DNA of 64,000 nucleotides from the human T2T-CHM13v2.0 reference genome, Homo sapiens. Made by a program: the position numbers and the translations under genes. The stretch lies in NCBI RefSeq assembly GCF_009914755.1, contig NC_060941.1. One strand, given 5' to 3'. The notes beneath the pieces were generated by a model. It did not search any database. It was given only the letters and a program-made list of their open reading frames with translations, and was not told the origin of the DNA. The stretch's first letter is position 1. The number at the start of each line of letters is the position of its first letter. This document shows positions 1 to 24,031 of this stretch, one piece after another.

Positions 1-2
1 AC

Positions 3-3283
<3,281 letters not shown>

Positions 3284-3368
3284 GGTGCAGGGAGGCAGTG
3301 GAGCTCTGGAAGTCAGTTTCAAAACCTGATTCCTTTTCCCTGGGATAAGCCTTGGTCCTTTCCAGGGC

Positions 3369-3574
3369 TTTATATTCTGTTAGCAGTGGGTGTGGCAACC
3401 ATGTCAAGTATTCCTCCTTTTTACCTCCTTTGCTGATTTTTCCATTTGTTATTTAGCCACTTCACCTGAGTCCTATACCTCATTAAATGTTTTACTCTGG
3501 CTTCTTGCTAAGTCAGGACTCCTCACAAAACATGCTGATTGGTTAAGTAAGAGCTTCATGGTTTGGCTTCAAAG
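3369..3574 (-). promoter_or_regulatory. KRT33B proximal promoter: TATAAA 3374-3369, CACCC box 3388-3395, HOX13-type TTAATGAG ~3479-3486, LEF1 site CTTTGAAG 3574-3567
   Basis: Motifs read directly; LEF1 and HOXC13 are established hair-keratin regulators. Confidence 0.7.
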
Positions 3575-5007
3575 TGACCAACCTTGCCTGTAGCAGTGCT
3601 TATCCATGGGACATTGAGCTAGAGTGACAGCTGGGCCCTGTCCCCAGAGTAGGGGGCACATATGTGCCTCTTTCTCCTAAATGAGGAAAGGCTTGTGTCT
3701 CATCCAGTTCATATTCAATTAAGACTCTGTGAGAAAAGCCATGTAAGGAAACCCGTCTAGAAACTAGACTATGTGATAGGGAATCCTGGAAGCTGAAATG
3801 AGAAAGGACTTACAAGGCCATTGGTTCAAGGCCCATTTGCAGTTCCATCCAGGCAGATGGAGGCAACTCTACCCTCTTCCTATGGGGCTGCAGGAAGCCA
3901 CCCACCTCCGTTTCTACTAGTATTCAGTGTTCACAGAACATTAAGAAACCTAAATTTTGGGAGCACCTACTCTGCATGAAGCACTGTGCTCCATGCCTGT
4001 GCACAGCGTGACTCTGTCATTGGTGATGGGTCCTGCTTGCTGAGCCTCCACTGTGCACCAGGCACAGTGCCAGGCACCTCATATGCACCAGCTCCTTCAG
4101 TCCTCTCAAAATGCTGCAAGGGTTTGTAGATAAGGACCCTAAGCCTCTGAGAGGTCTCCCAAGGTCACAGAGCTCCTACATGATGGAGCCAGGGTTCAAA
4201 TACAGATCTCTCTAATTCCAATGTCCACACTCTGTCATATTACATGTCTCTCTCTTCCAATCTTTTCAGTACTGAGATGCAATAATGCAAAAAATACAGA
4301 TTGAGCTCCATTGAGCTCAATCAGTGCTGACAATATCCTAAATTAGAATGGGCCAAAAAATAACAAGCCTGTTTTTTACTTATTAAAGAACCAAAAGTCA
4401 CTTCTATGCTGAAGGAAGGAAGTTTACTAAGTGAAAATGCCTTATACCCACTAGAAGCTTGAAAAAAAAAAAAAAAGGAAACCCTTGGTTGATCTGAGGG
4501 AGAAATACCCAAGCCTAGCTCTCCAAAGGATATGACCCTGAAAATCCACCACTATGTCATGTGCATGAAGTGGCATTTTATGACCATTGGCACATTTTGG
4601 CAAGCAGATGCTCTACTCTCATGCATTCCAGATGGAACTATGAAATATGAGGATTTTATGTTTAATCTATCAGTGCTCAAATTCTGAAAGATACTCCTCC
4701 AAGTTGTTCCTTTTGGAAGCTACATATTAAGTCTTGCCATACAAGAATTCTTTTCCTACAGGTGACCTGCCATTCCTCAGATCACCCTTCCTTCAAACTT
4801 GCCTTCACAGCTTGGGACACATTCTTTTGGTTATCCTCATTGAAGGCCAATCTTCATCTTCTATGGGTGTGTTTATTTTTGGAACCAGCCAGAAGTCATT
4901 TGAAACCACACCTAGTGCATAGGGTGAATAACCAAGCTGCATAGCATCTTTAATGGGTCAGAAACAGGTTGTGACTACAAAATAATAATGTGTGTTTTCT
5001 TGGGTGA

Positions 5008-5492
<485 letters not shown>

Positions 5493-7065
5493 TGAATCTC
5501 TACCTTTAAAATGATTCCACTATCAGTGAGATGTGGCATGGGCATATTGGTTTAAAATCAGTACCAAACCATTAAAGTCCTATTGGATGAGATCAAATAA
5601 CATAAAGCAAATAGCTGAATTCATTAGCTTTTCTCTAATTACCTTGTGTTCTTCTCTCCTTCTTCTACGTCCCAAGCTTCAAAAGGAAAAATCTGACAAT
5701 GGCACTTTTTAAAGAAAAGGGAAGGAATAGTGTGTCACAGACTGGTAAATATGTCCACAGGGATCCCTATAACCATTGCTGTAGCTTCTACCTCAGTCAC
5801 AGTGGAATAATCCAGAGATAAGTATCCTTGTGTCTTTAAAAGTGGAGGTCAGAGTTTAGAAAACACAACTATTCCCACATCTTGAGTAGAAGTAACTATA
5901 ATTTCTGCACAGCTACTTGGCCATTATGTACTAATAGTTGGAAGAACTTGGGTCTATGGAGAAAAGAGCCAAGTTTCAATTAGCTTCTCACAAAGTCTGG
6001 AAGGCAATTGCTTTTTACTTACTCCACTTGCTGTGTACTGTGAATTCTTATCTTTACATGGGTGATGCTATTGTCTCTGTTCAATGGCCCTTCATTAAAC
6101 ATGACAAGTAAGTCAAATCCTAACAAACCGAAAGGTTTTATACATGCCCATGTAATAGCGGCAGATGCTATGGTTGAGGCTTCTGGTCTTAAGATGTGAG
6201 CAAATTGCAGTTGAGGTTTAAGGATGCTATTTATTATGGAAGCCCGGGCTATTTCCATAGAAGAGATCACATGCCAACCCACCAGCGATGCTTAACCACG
6301 GAGTGGACATAGGATGGGGCTTCTGCTGAGGCCACCTTCCTCATTGTGGGACTTCAAAGGCATTAGGAGGCCTCCCTCCTTCTTCCCAAAGCCATCTTCT
6401 CCAATGTCCAGGCTCTGGTGCTTGAAATTGTCACCGTGAGAAATGTAAAATTTATTCTTTTAGAAATACGAAGTTACATTGGGCTACTTGAAAATTAATT
6501 ATATTTTAATATGTACAAATGAGAAGGAGAGGCCAGGAGCAGTATCACTACATGCACACAGAGCAAGAAGATGGACTTTTTGCCAAAGAGGGATCCCAGA
6601 GGGGAATTAGAAAAGCAGAAAGACTGTCCAATAACAACCCCAGCCCATGGTTTTGGGCCAGCCTGTTAGAGCTTCCTAGAAGAGCAGAAGATAGGGCTTC
6701 CACAAACTGTTCCATAAAGGCAACTGTTGTCAATTTATCAATCCTCCAGCCTCAGGACATTGAGAGGAGAAATTGAAGGGGTAATTCAGGAAATAAGCCA
6801 ACAAGTTTGGCCCTGTTCAATGGGGCTTCTGATAAGGGACAAGCAGGAGAGGGGCTGAAGAATGAGCCAGGTCAGCAGTAAGCTACGCTGAGCAAAAACA
6901 GATACAAACACCTCAAAATGGAACTCAGGAGGTAGTTCTACAAATCCTCTCCAGAGCCACCATGTTTCTCTTACACTCAGTCTTGGACTCCCAATGGGAA
7001 TGGAGTCTTGGAGTCTTCAGGGACCAAGCCAAGTGAGAAAAATACAAAGTTCATCTATGCTATGT

Positions 7066-7304
7066 GTTTTTTTTTAACTTTTATTTTAAGTTGAGGGATA
7101 CAAGTGCAGGTTTGTTACATAGATAAACTTGTGTCATGGGAGTTTGTTTTACAGATTATTTCATCACCCAGGTATTAAGCCTAGTACCCATTAGTTATTT
7201 TTCCTGATCCTCTCCCTCCTCCCACCCTCTACCCTCCAGAAGGCTCCAGTGTGTGTTGTTCCCCTCTATATGTCCACGTGTTCTCATCATTCAGCTCCCA
7301 CGAG
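7066..7304 (-). mobile_element. Short 5'-truncated L1P 3' end
   Basis: L1 3'UTR (gtgcaggtttgttacatag...tccctcctcccaccct); TSD ATCTATGCTATGT at ~7053 and ~7305. Confidence 0.8.
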
Positions 7305-8129
7305 ATCTATGCTATGTTTTTGACTACTCTAGACTATCAACTCAGTCTAGAATAGACAAGAGCATGACACAATCCAGGACGATGTAATTTAATGGTGCTA
7401 GTCTTCCTGAAAAAGCTGGATCCAGGGCCCACTCAGAGATGGAATGAAAACCTATATATGTGTCCTGCTCTGCAGATCAAGGGAGAGGGCAGATGCTAAA
7501 ACCTTTTGACAGTACACAGAAGATAAAGCAAAGTCAGCTGAGTACAAATGTGTTGTGTTGAACTTTTGCATTACACTCACTATCACGTTGGTGATTTGAG
7601 ACAGACATGAAAAAAACATGGAAATACAGCTTCTTCCCTCAGCCTCCCACAGACTCTGTTCTCTTTATAATCACCAGGAGTCTCCCCATTGCTTTAACCA
7701 GTAGATTTGTCTGATTCTCACCATCCTTGCCCTGGATGCTGTTGACAACTCTTTCATTAGAGCTCCAACTTCTTTTGACTTCTGTGTCCTTTAAGGTGCT
7801 TCTCCACTTCCCTCTCAAACTGCTTGCAACCAGATGTCATCTCTGTCCTCAAGATCTGGCAAAACCAAGGCTGAACCTCACATCAGGGACTTTGGAGAGC
7901 CCCAGCTGAAGTCTGTGGTTTCTATCAGTGGTCCTCAAGGTTCTTCTATTCCCTGCTAGCCTCCATTGGACAGTCTTAACAATTCCTATAGCTCTAATTA
8001 TCATCTTTATTTACCCAGCTCTCCGACATCTCCCTCAAATCTAGTTATTCTTCTCCAGGTCTCTCCAATGGAAACTCATTGTTGTTTCATTTTCTCAGGC
8101 TGAAAATCTTCAGACCCATAGTAGGTGTT

Positions 8130-8819
8130 TGTGATGGTTAATTTAATGTATCAACTTGACTGGGCCAAGGGATGCCCAGATAGCTGGTAAAACATTATTT
8201 CTGGGTATGTGTGTAAAGGTGTTTCTAAAAGAGATCAGCATTTGAATCAGGAGAGTGAGTAAAGATCACCCTCACCAATGTGGGCAGGTGTCCTCCAATG
8301 TGGGTAGTCAAATAGAACCAAAAAGTAGAAGAAAGGCAAATTATTTCTCTCATTGACCGGTAAGGGAGAAGCAGGAGAGGGTCTGGAGAATAGGCCAGGT
8401 CAGTAGTAAGCTATGCTGAGCAAAGACAGACACGGACACCTCAAAACGGAACTCGGGATCTAGTTCCACAAACCCTCTCCAGAGCCATCACTGTTTCTCT
8501 TACACTCAGTCCTGCACTCCCAATGGGAATAGAGTTGAGCTGGGACATCCATCTTCTCCTGCCCTCTAACATCAATGCTCCCAGTTCTTGAGCCTTCAGT
8601 CTCAAACCAGGACTTACACCACCAGCCTTCCTGATTCTCAGTCCTTTGGGTTTGGATTGGAATTATACCACTGGCTTTCCTGGGCCTCCACCTTGAAGAC
8701 AGCAGATTATGAAACTTCTCAGCCTCCATAATCATATAAGCTAATTCCTTATAATAAATCTCTTTCTATGTATCTATACATAGCCTACTGTTTCTGTTTC
8801 TCTGGATAACCCTAATACA
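8130..8819 (+). mobile_element. MLT2 (ERVL) solo LTR, interrupted by a ~175-bp insertion at 8357-8535
   Basis: tgtgatggttaatttaatgtatcaacttgactgggccaagggatgcccagatagctgg...aataaatctc...ctaataca. Confidence 0.8.
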
Positions 8820-9171
8820 GTGTGTGATCAGTACTAGTTTCCTTCCTTTTCTTTCCATTGTTCCTCTATCTCTACTCAGCTTCCATATTTAAGCCATGCC
8901 TCTAAAACCTACCCCTCTTTGGCCTCACTCTCCTCCACTTATCTCAGTCCTTATTGTCTCTCACCTCTTAATTGATCTTCCTTCTATTTCATCCAGCTTC
9001 TAGGACTCCTCACAACCCAACCTGTACACAGCTGCCAGATATATCATATGGCAAACTCCCTTACAAGAAAATCTCATGTATAATCATTCGGAGCACTTCC
9101 AAATATGGCCGTACCTAACTACCTTGCAGTTTCATCTCCTATAACCACACTTACCCTCTGTTCTAGGCTAG

Positions 9172-9556
<385 letters not shown>

Positions 9557-10369
9557 AAAACTTTCCCTCTTCTATGGCCTAAACACACTCACCTGACCAG
9601 ACATTTCCCAGCAAACTTTATTTCAGAATTATGCTAATATCATACAGTAATCATTGATTGAAGTTGAAACTATGGGAAGTATATAAAGTTTTAATAACCT
9701 TCTCATGAATTTTCATTAGTGTTACTCTTCCTTATTTATTCCACTTACAGTATTCCATGGTTTACATCGTCTTTAATTAGGTGATGATATTGCCTCTGCT
9801 GAAGGGCCTGCAGTCAACAAGACAGGCAGACAAAATTTATATCAACAGAACATTTGGGTTTTCAAGGCTTTGATTGAGTGCTCCCTCCTTCTTGGAGCCT
9901 CTTCTTTTCATTCTCTCACACATCTGAAATTCGTAATTCTTTATCTGCACCTTTCTTGAGCCACACTGATATTTGTCTATGATGACTGTAGCTTTGTCTC
10001 ATCCACTCTAAACTGTAAAACATGCTGTGGGCCGAGACTGGGATTCACTTATTTGTGTTTCTCAGTACCGCCCACAGTACCCAGCACACACTATAGATGA
10101 TTGATTGCAGTTGTGTCAATCAGATAGGATTAAATAAAATGGATAATTGAGACTGGCCTATAAAATTGAAAGCTTTAAAAATTCAGGGATGAGGCAAGTG
10201 GGGTGGGGTGTGGGGTAAGATTAATGTTTTGGGGGAGATGTTTAATGAACATTGGCCTTTCTTGGAATTATAGAAAATGAAATGATAAAGAGGCTATGGA
10301 AGAACATTATGGATAAGACCAAAGATCTAGGGGAAAGAATAAACTTGAAGAGGGGAAAGGTAAGGACTG

Positions 10370-10930
10370 CATTTAAAGGGTCTATCTGGAGGACAACATG
10401 TCAGGCATAACAAGTGGGCGGCAAGATGAACCAGTTTGGGAAAAATACGTTTTAGTCCAATTAAACATGATGTAATGACCTGATACCAAGTGAAGCTGTC
10501 ATATGCGCAACAGAAAACCTGGAAACTGAGCTGAGATGAGAGGGAGATGTGGCAGTCATCAGCATAGAGGAGCTAGATCTACACGAACAGGGACGTAGAA
10601 AGAGAAAGACAGAGGGCTAAGAATATAGGTGTTTCCTTCATTTGGGACAAAAAGGGGAAGACAGCTAACAAGACAACAGAGAACAGGTAATTAGAGATAT
10701 TACAAGAAGACCCAGAGTGTGCAGGGTTATGGAAATCAATGAAGGTGTATTTTAAGGGAGGAGTAGGTATCTATATCAGCAAGGCAGCAGCAGCAGAGAG
10801 GTTGAGAGGAGAGAATCACTGCTCTTTGAACAGTTTCTGTAGAAGCAGTTTCTGTAGTTTCTTCAGGCAGTTTAGGAGAAAGGGAAGCAGAACATTCTAT
10901 TCTGATGAGGGTGAGAGCTGGAGATAGCAG
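10370..10930 (+). mobile_element. Degraded L2-like fragment
   Basis: Purine-rich L2-type sequence (gagatgtggcagtcatcagcatagag...); boundaries uncertain. Confidence 0.35.
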
Positions 10931-11197
10931 TGAAGTCTGGGGAGGCTTTGCAAAATTGCCAAGGGCCCTGTAGTCAAGGCAAGGTAAGCATGGGTATTGA
11001 AGGCCAGGTTTCCTGCATGGCCTACCCTGGGTGGGAGTCTCCCAGAAGGACGTCCTTCCCTGTCTACATCAGTGTTTCTGGTGAAGCATAAAGGCTTGGC
11101 TCAGTCATTTACTTCATTTTATTCTCCTAATGAAGGGGTATTTTTATGAAACAGCCATGATGAGTAATTTACAATGCATGAATATGAATGAGAAACA

Positions 11198-11226
11198 TTT
11201 ATTATGCCAGAGAAATGAAGTTTATT
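11198..11226 (-). terminator. KRT34 poly(A) signals (AATAAA at 11226-11221 and 11203-11198)
   Basis: tttatt hexamers on + strand about 370-390 nt past the stop codon. Confidence 0.6.
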
Positions 11227-11591
11227 GGGAAGTAAATGAAGTCTCCTCCTTGCATTCCAGAGAATGCCAAAGAAAAAAGGAAAACAGGAAATGCAGTAGT
11301 ACGTTCAGGAAACACCTTAAGTAGTAACTGGAGCTCAGATTACAGGGAGCTGAACATCTTTAGAAACAAACAGGCTCGACCCTCAACAGGAAGGAGTTGT
11401 CCAGACATTGGAAGTTGATGATGTGTGTCTTTGCTTGGGTCAGGAAAGCTTTTCAGCATTCTAGAAATAACATAGAGGCAAGATGAGGTTTCTTGATGTC
11501 AGCTGAGCTCCAGAAAAGTCAGGACTTGAGGATCCTTCCTGTGGTTGATCTAAATGGCTTTGTAGATGTCTTCAAAGAGGATACAAGCTTT

Positions 11592-15992
<4,401 letters not shown>

Positions 15993-16475
15993 TATTCCAT
16001 TCAGCTTATGTCACACCAGGCTCTTCCTGGGTGCTAGTGGTTGGTGAAATCAGAGTTTCATCAGATGGCTTCATAGGAGATAGAATCATCACAGCCCCAA
16101 AAGGCTGTCTGCATTACTCAGAGGGGAGGACAGCCAGGGACATGGGGTGGAGTTGTTTGGGAATCAGGGATTCCTCACCCAGGAGTTTCCGCCACTGTTC
16201 TTTCTCCCCAGAGAGAGAGCTCTGAGAGAGAGCTTTGAGAGTTACTCTTCCAAGTAGCTCTTTCCTCCCACATTCATCCATGTTTCAGCATTCAATTTGT
16301 TTTTATAGCAGAAACTCAACCTGTATTCGCCGAAATGATCCTGAGCCTTACTATTCGTTGGGGTTTAGGGAACTTGCCAACACATGGAGCAACTGAAAAC
16401 AATGGCATGTTCATGGTTGAGAAATGAGAAAGTAAAATGGAAACCAATGGAATGGATGGGAGTATACCTAAAAGA

Positions 16476-16998
16476 GGGCATCTGCAAATGGCAGCCCACA
16501 CGTCAAGTTTACCCTGCTGAATTTTTGTAAATAAAGTTTTTGTTTGTTTGTTTTCTGTTTTTTTTTTTTTGAGACAGAGTCTCACTCTGTCGCCCAGGCT
16601 GGAGTGCAGTGGCACGATCTCGGCTCACTGCAACCTCCACCTCCCGGGTTCAAGCAATTATCTGCCTCAGCCCCCCGAGTAGCTGGGATTACAGGTGCCC
16701 GCCACCACACCCGGCTAATTTTTGTGTTTTTAGCAGAAATGGGGTTTCACCATGTTGGCCAGGCTGCTCTTGAACTCCTGAACTCGTGATCCGCCCGCCT
16801 CGGCCTCCCAAAGTGCTGGGATTACAGGCGTGAGCCAATGCGTCCGGCAGTAAATAAAGTTTTAATGGAACACAGCCATGCCCATTTGTTTAGCTATTGT
16901 ATATGGCTGCTTTTGTGCTACAGTGGCAGAGTTGTGTAGTTGTGACAGAGACTATAGTGTCCACAAAGCCCTAAAATTAAAAAATTTGCCAACTTGTA
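16476..16998 (-). mobile_element. MER58A-like hAT element split by an Alu
   Basis: gtaaataaagttttaatggaacacagccatgcccatttg...gcagagttgtgtagttgtgacagagac. Confidence 0.65.
16540..16848 (-). mobile_element. AluS
   Basis: Reverse Alu; TSD GTAAATAAAGTTTT. Confidence 0.92.
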
Positions 16999-19218
16999 CT
17001 AAAGCAACAGCCTCTCTAAAGATGAGCAAGAGTAGAAATATCTAGAAGAAAAAATATGCTGGAAACAGTCTGGAGCAGTGAGAGTTCAGATGGCAGCACT
17101 GAAGCATGAATATGAAGCATAATACTGCAGACTCACCAAGAAACGAAAATTGGAGCAAGGGTGCTCAGAGGTATCTTTGTATCCATGGTGGCTTTTTCTC
17201 AAATTCTCTGGAAATTTCTATCATCTTATTTCTAGACTTGTTCCTCTTTCTAGAGTATTAACTCTCCTAGAGGTATGACTATGCCAGCCTGAGATGCTTC
17301 CAGGACAAGCCACAGTGCCCATGAGAATGCAGATTTACTCTGTTGTCCCTACAAGTAGACACTGTCTCTGATAAGTGTGCTTCTATCACCTCTGGGATCC
17401 AGTTACCCTTTGACTCTTGCATAACCTAGGGAGCCTCTCTATTGCCCAATAATCACTCTTCACAGAATAGCCTTCCCTACCTCACTTCTTTTCCCTGTCA
17501 CTCTACCTTGCCTTTGTTCCGCAGGGAAACAAAGTCATGTTTCAGAAAGAAGTCCCAAAAGATTATTTGTGGAACACAATACAAATCATTTAAAGAAGGC
17601 TGCATCTGAATTTCAAAAGCAGCATGAGAGGAGCAGAAAAGCACATCTTCGATTTTATTTATTTGAGTGTTTCCTCTTTTTTTCTTAGTCTATCTAGAGG
17701 TTTGTAAATTTTCTGTGTCTTTCAAAAAAACTCTGTTTCATTGATTTTTTGCTATTGTTTTTCTAGTCTCTATTTTTATTTATTTCTGCTCTAAGTTTTA
17801 TCGTAAGTATCATAATAAAATTTAGAGCAAAAAGTGTTATTATATCCTTCCTGCTGCTAACTTTGAGCTTAGTTTGTTCTTTATCTTTTTTAATTTTTTA
17901 ATTTTTGTAGGTACATGGTAGGCGTGTGTGTATGTTTAGATATAGGTTTATGTATATACATATATAAAACTTTCCTCTTAGTACTGCTTTTGCTGCATCC
18001 CATAAATTTTGATACGTTGTGTTCTCATTTTCATTTGTCTCAAGATATTTTCTAATTTCCTTTTTGATTTCTTCTTTGACCCATTGATTATTTAAATGTT
18101 TTTTAATTTCTACATATTTGTGTATTTTTCAGTTTTTTTCTTATTTCCGTTCTAGTTTTCTAGTTTCATTCCATTGTGGTAGGAAAAGATACTTAGTATG
18201 ATTTCAATCCTCTTAAATTCGTTAAGACTTGTTTTGTGACCCAACATATGATCTATCCTGGACAATGTTCCGCATGCACTGGAGAATATGCATTCTGCTA
18301 CCATTGGATAGAACGTGTTATTTGTTAGGTCCATTTGTTCTATAGTATTGCTCAAATCTGTTGTTTCCTTGTTGATTTTCTATCTGAATGTTCTATTCAT
18401 TATCAAAAGTGAGTTACTGAATTCTTCTATTATTGCATTGTCCATTTCTCCCTTTGGTTCTGTCAATGTTTGTTATATATATATTAGGTGCTCTGATGTT
18501 GGGTTCATATATGTGTGCAATTGTTATATCTTCCTGGTGAATTTTTTCATTATTATATAATGTTCTTCTTTGCCTTTTGTGACAATTTTTGACTTAAAGA
18601 CTATTTTGTCTGATATATAAGTACAGCCATCCTGCTGTCTTTTGGTTACCATTTGTACGGAATATTTTTTTTCCCATTCCTTCACTTTCAGCCTATACAT
18701 TGTCTTTAAATCTAAAGTCAGTCTCTTCTAGATAGTATGTAGATAGTACTTGTTGGTTTTTTGAAAATCCATTCAGCTACTCCATGTCTTTTGATTGGAG
18801 AGTTTAATTCATTTACATTTCAATAAATTATTGATAGGGAAAGACTAATATTGCCATTTTGTTAATTCTTTTGTCTTTCTCAGAGTTCTTTTGTCTCTCT
18901 TTTCCTATCTTGCTGTCTTCCTTTGTGTTGCATGGATTTTTGTATCGATATGTTTTTATTCTTTTTTCTTTTTCTTTTGTGTATCTTCTATAGGTATTTT
19001 TTTGTGATCATCATAGGGCTTATATGAAACAACTTATAACTGTCTGTTTTCAGCTGATAACTTTCACTGCATACAAAAACTACTCTTTTGCTTCTCCCAC
19101 ACACATCTTTTATGTATTGATGTCATTATTTACATCTTGTTATATTGCATATGCATTAACCTATTTTTATAGTTATAGTTATTTTTAATACTTTTATCTT
19201 TTAAATTTTATAGTAGAG

Positions 19219-19563
<345 letters not shown>

Positions 19564-20437
19564 TTAAAAGAGTGATTTACCTACCACCATTATAGTATTA
19601 CAGTAGTCTATATTTATCAGTATATTTACATTTACCAGCAAGTTTTATACTTTCACATGCATTTATATTACTGTTTAACATCCTTTTGTTCCAACTTAAA
19701 GAACTTCCTTTAACATTTTTTGTAAGGCAGGTCCAGCGATGATGAACTACCTCAGCTTTTGTTTATCTATAAAAGTCTGTATCTCTCCTTCAGTTTTGAA
19801 GGATAATTGTACTGGGAATGATATTCTTGGTTGGCAGTTTGTTTGTTGGTTGGTTGGTTTGTTTTCAGCACTTTAAATATATTATCCCATGTCCTTCCGG
19901 CCTGCAAAGTTTCTGCTAAGAAATGTATTAATTACCTTATGGAGGTTCCCTTGTACATGATGTCACTTTTCTCTTGCTGCTTTCAAAATTCCCTATTTGT
20001 CTTTGACTTCTGACAATTCAATTATAATGTGTATCACTTTGATTTATCTGAACATCTTATTTGGGATACACTGGGCTTCCTGGATCTGGATGTCAATGTT
20101 CTTTCTCAGGTTTCAGGAGTTTTGAGCCATTATTTTTTTTAATAAGTTTTCTAAACTTTCTCTCTCTCTTCTCCTTCTGGATCTTCCTAATGTGAATGTT
20201 GGTCTGCCTGATGATGTCCCATACATCTCTTAAGCTTTCTTTACTCTTTTTTATTCTTTTTTCTTTTTGTTCCTCTGGATAATTTCCAATGGCCTGACTT
20301 TGAGTTCACTGATCCTATCTCCTGCTTGATTTAGTGTGCTATTGAATCCCTCTATTGAATTTTTCAATTCAGTTATTGTATTTTTCAGCAGCATGATTTC
20401 TGTTTGGTACTTTTTGTATTTTCTGCCTTTTTGTTGA

Positions 20438-20819
<382 letters not shown>

Positions 20820-23606
20820 TGAATTCTCTATTTTGAATATATGGTTATTTCAAATTCTCTTTCGGGTAAATTGTATATCTCTTTCATTGGGGTCAACTTC
20901 AGGAGATTTATCTTGTACCTTTGTTTAGGACATATTTCCCTGTTTCTTCATTATCCTTGGATCTTTGTGCTGGTGTCTGTGCATTAGACAAAACAGCCAC
21001 CTCTCCCAATCTTCACGGACTGGCCTTGTACTGGAGAAGACCTTCACCAATCAGCCCAGCCAGAGATACTGGGGACCTCTCAAATTTTTGTGCTAGTCCA
21101 AACCACCATCTTTGCAGCCTCCAGGCATCTTGAGTATGGCTAGTTTCCATAGCACTCTGGCACAGGTGAGACAGAAGCCCATCCCTGATACTGTCCACAG
21201 AAAAGACAGAATATTGGACACAGGTCTAACTCTTTCTCTCTCCAGGGAGAGCCTGGGACCCAGGGTTTTTCACTGGCTCGCTCTGAACTTGGCCGGGGGA
21301 GAGGGCTGTGGTGAATATTCATATGCTAGTTAAAATTACCCTCTTTGTTCTCAATGGCTCCTAGACGTCTGGAGTATGCTGGATTCCATCCGCATTCTAA
21401 GACAGGCAAGACAGAAGCTAGTGCATTGGCAGCTCTCAGAAAAATCTGAATGTTGAATGTATGGTCCAGTTATTTCCTCCTCTCCCTGCAAAGAAGCTGG
21501 GAGGGGGATTTCCTCCTAACCATATGATACTATGCTGAGAAAGCAGGGATTATTGTGATAGAGTATCTTAAAATCTTTCTACCAACTTTGATTTGGCTGG
21601 TTTTACACTCATCCAGGGTGCAAGAGCCTCTCAAATTGTTACTAGATTTCTCACAAATAAAATTTATCTGAGTATTATTATTGAATTAGTGTGCCCATGA
21701 CGGTGAGGAGGGTCCAGGGCTGCTTATTCCCTCATCTTGCTGATGTCACTCTCCAAAAAACACGAATTTGAAATTAAATGACCTGGATTTACATCCTTAC
21801 CTATGATATGAGCTCAGAGAAGTTCATTCCCTTTTTTGAGTCTTGTTTATCTCATCTCTTGAATTGAAATAATAATAATGCTGCCTACCTCATAGTTTTG
21901 TTTTTTTGTTTGTTTGTTTTTGTTTTTGTTTTTTTTTGCAAAAGGTAAGGTATTGTGTGTGAACATGTTTGGGGGAGGGAGTGATGATGTTTATTTCCAT
22001 AAACTTCATTGTTCCTATTGTTGACCCAGGTGGCTCAGATGAAGAATTTTGTGAAAATTCTACTTCGTTAAGCAGACAAATTGCCCATTGCCCATCCCAA
22101 CCCAGTGGTGCTCAAACTTCACCCACTTACCTTGTAAGTACTAGGGGCACAGAACTCTATTCATAAATTAACCATCAAAATGCAAATGTTAACATTAACT
22201 TAGTGGTTGAAATAGGAAGTTGCAGATAACCATTACCTCTATCTTCTCTGCTAAGTTCCTGATCTTGTGGGTTTGGTTATCTTATTTGGGGTAGTTCTGG
22301 AGGAGGACAAGTTCTCCACATGAAATTGTAATATCACCAAAGCCTCTTTTCTGGTACTGGGATTGAAATGTGCTTTTGTTATCCTCTTGGAATCTTCTAG
22401 CCTTATAGCTCTGTGCAAGCATTTGTAATAATGATAATAATGGCAGTGTTGTTGTTGATGATGATTCTGCCATTTCATCAAGGCTTATTAGATGCCAAAC
22501 AAGGCACTAAGCACTTTGGCACATTTCTCATTTGATTCTCCCAACAACTGTATAAAGTTGGCCTATTATTCCCATGTTACAGATAAAGAAATAAACTGGG
22601 AAAGGCTCCACATTTGCCCTAGATACAGGCAATAAATGGTGGAGCAGGGATTTGAACAATTCAGGTTTATGACTCCTGATCATGAACACCTAAACACAGT
22701 ACAAAACCTTTATATTTGGCACAGAGGTTTCTCTGGTTTGTGAGGGAAATATTCATTGCTTCCCATTGCCCCTTACTTCGTAGTTTTTCCTTCTGGTCCC
22801 CTCTAGGGCCCTGTTCCCCACCCCTTCATACTCCATCATTCCTCCAAAGGCCTCTCTGCCCAAGCCTTTGAGCACCCAGCTAATCTCTATGGTACCTTCC
22901 TGAACTAAGGCCAAGTCTTACTCATTTATTTTTCTCCACAGGGAAATAATCGTCCTTTTGCATAATTGATCCAAACTGGAAACTAGATTGTCTTTTCTGA
23001 ATATCTAAGCAAATTAAAATGCATAATCACATGACCTAAGTGATTTAGAACTTAGAAGAAAGACTACCCTTCTAACCATGAGTTTTAATCCTGTAAAAGT
23101 TCATCTCAGAAGTAAATTCAGTTTCCTACAATCAAAGAACTCTAAAGCTAGAAGGACCTGAATTTATGGAGGAGAAAACTAGTGCCCAGACAGTAAGGTA
23201 GTAAGGAAATGAATATCAATCAATCACTTTCTAGTCAGATAGTCTACTAGGTACCTTTGCATATAGTATTTCATCCTCACCCCAGAACCTGAGTGTTCAG
23301 GTTCCATTTTTGTCACCATGTAGCAGAGATGAAGAATCTGAAATGTTGGGAGTAAATTTAACTCATTCAAAATGACACAAGTAAGCAGGCTTCAGTCGGC
23401 CTGACCCATCATATTTATTGTGAGTTAGAGAGATGAGACACTGACCTAGGCCAGGCTGTGACAAAACATAACAGCTGGGAGAAAATGCAGAAGAGAGATC
23501 ATGGATTCCAATACCAGCTATGAGCACCAGACAAGACACACCTAGGCTTCCTGCACATCACTTTACTCCTCAGCAAACTGGGAGTTTAAAAAGTAACAAA
23601 TCCCAT

Positions 23607-24031
<425 letters not shown>

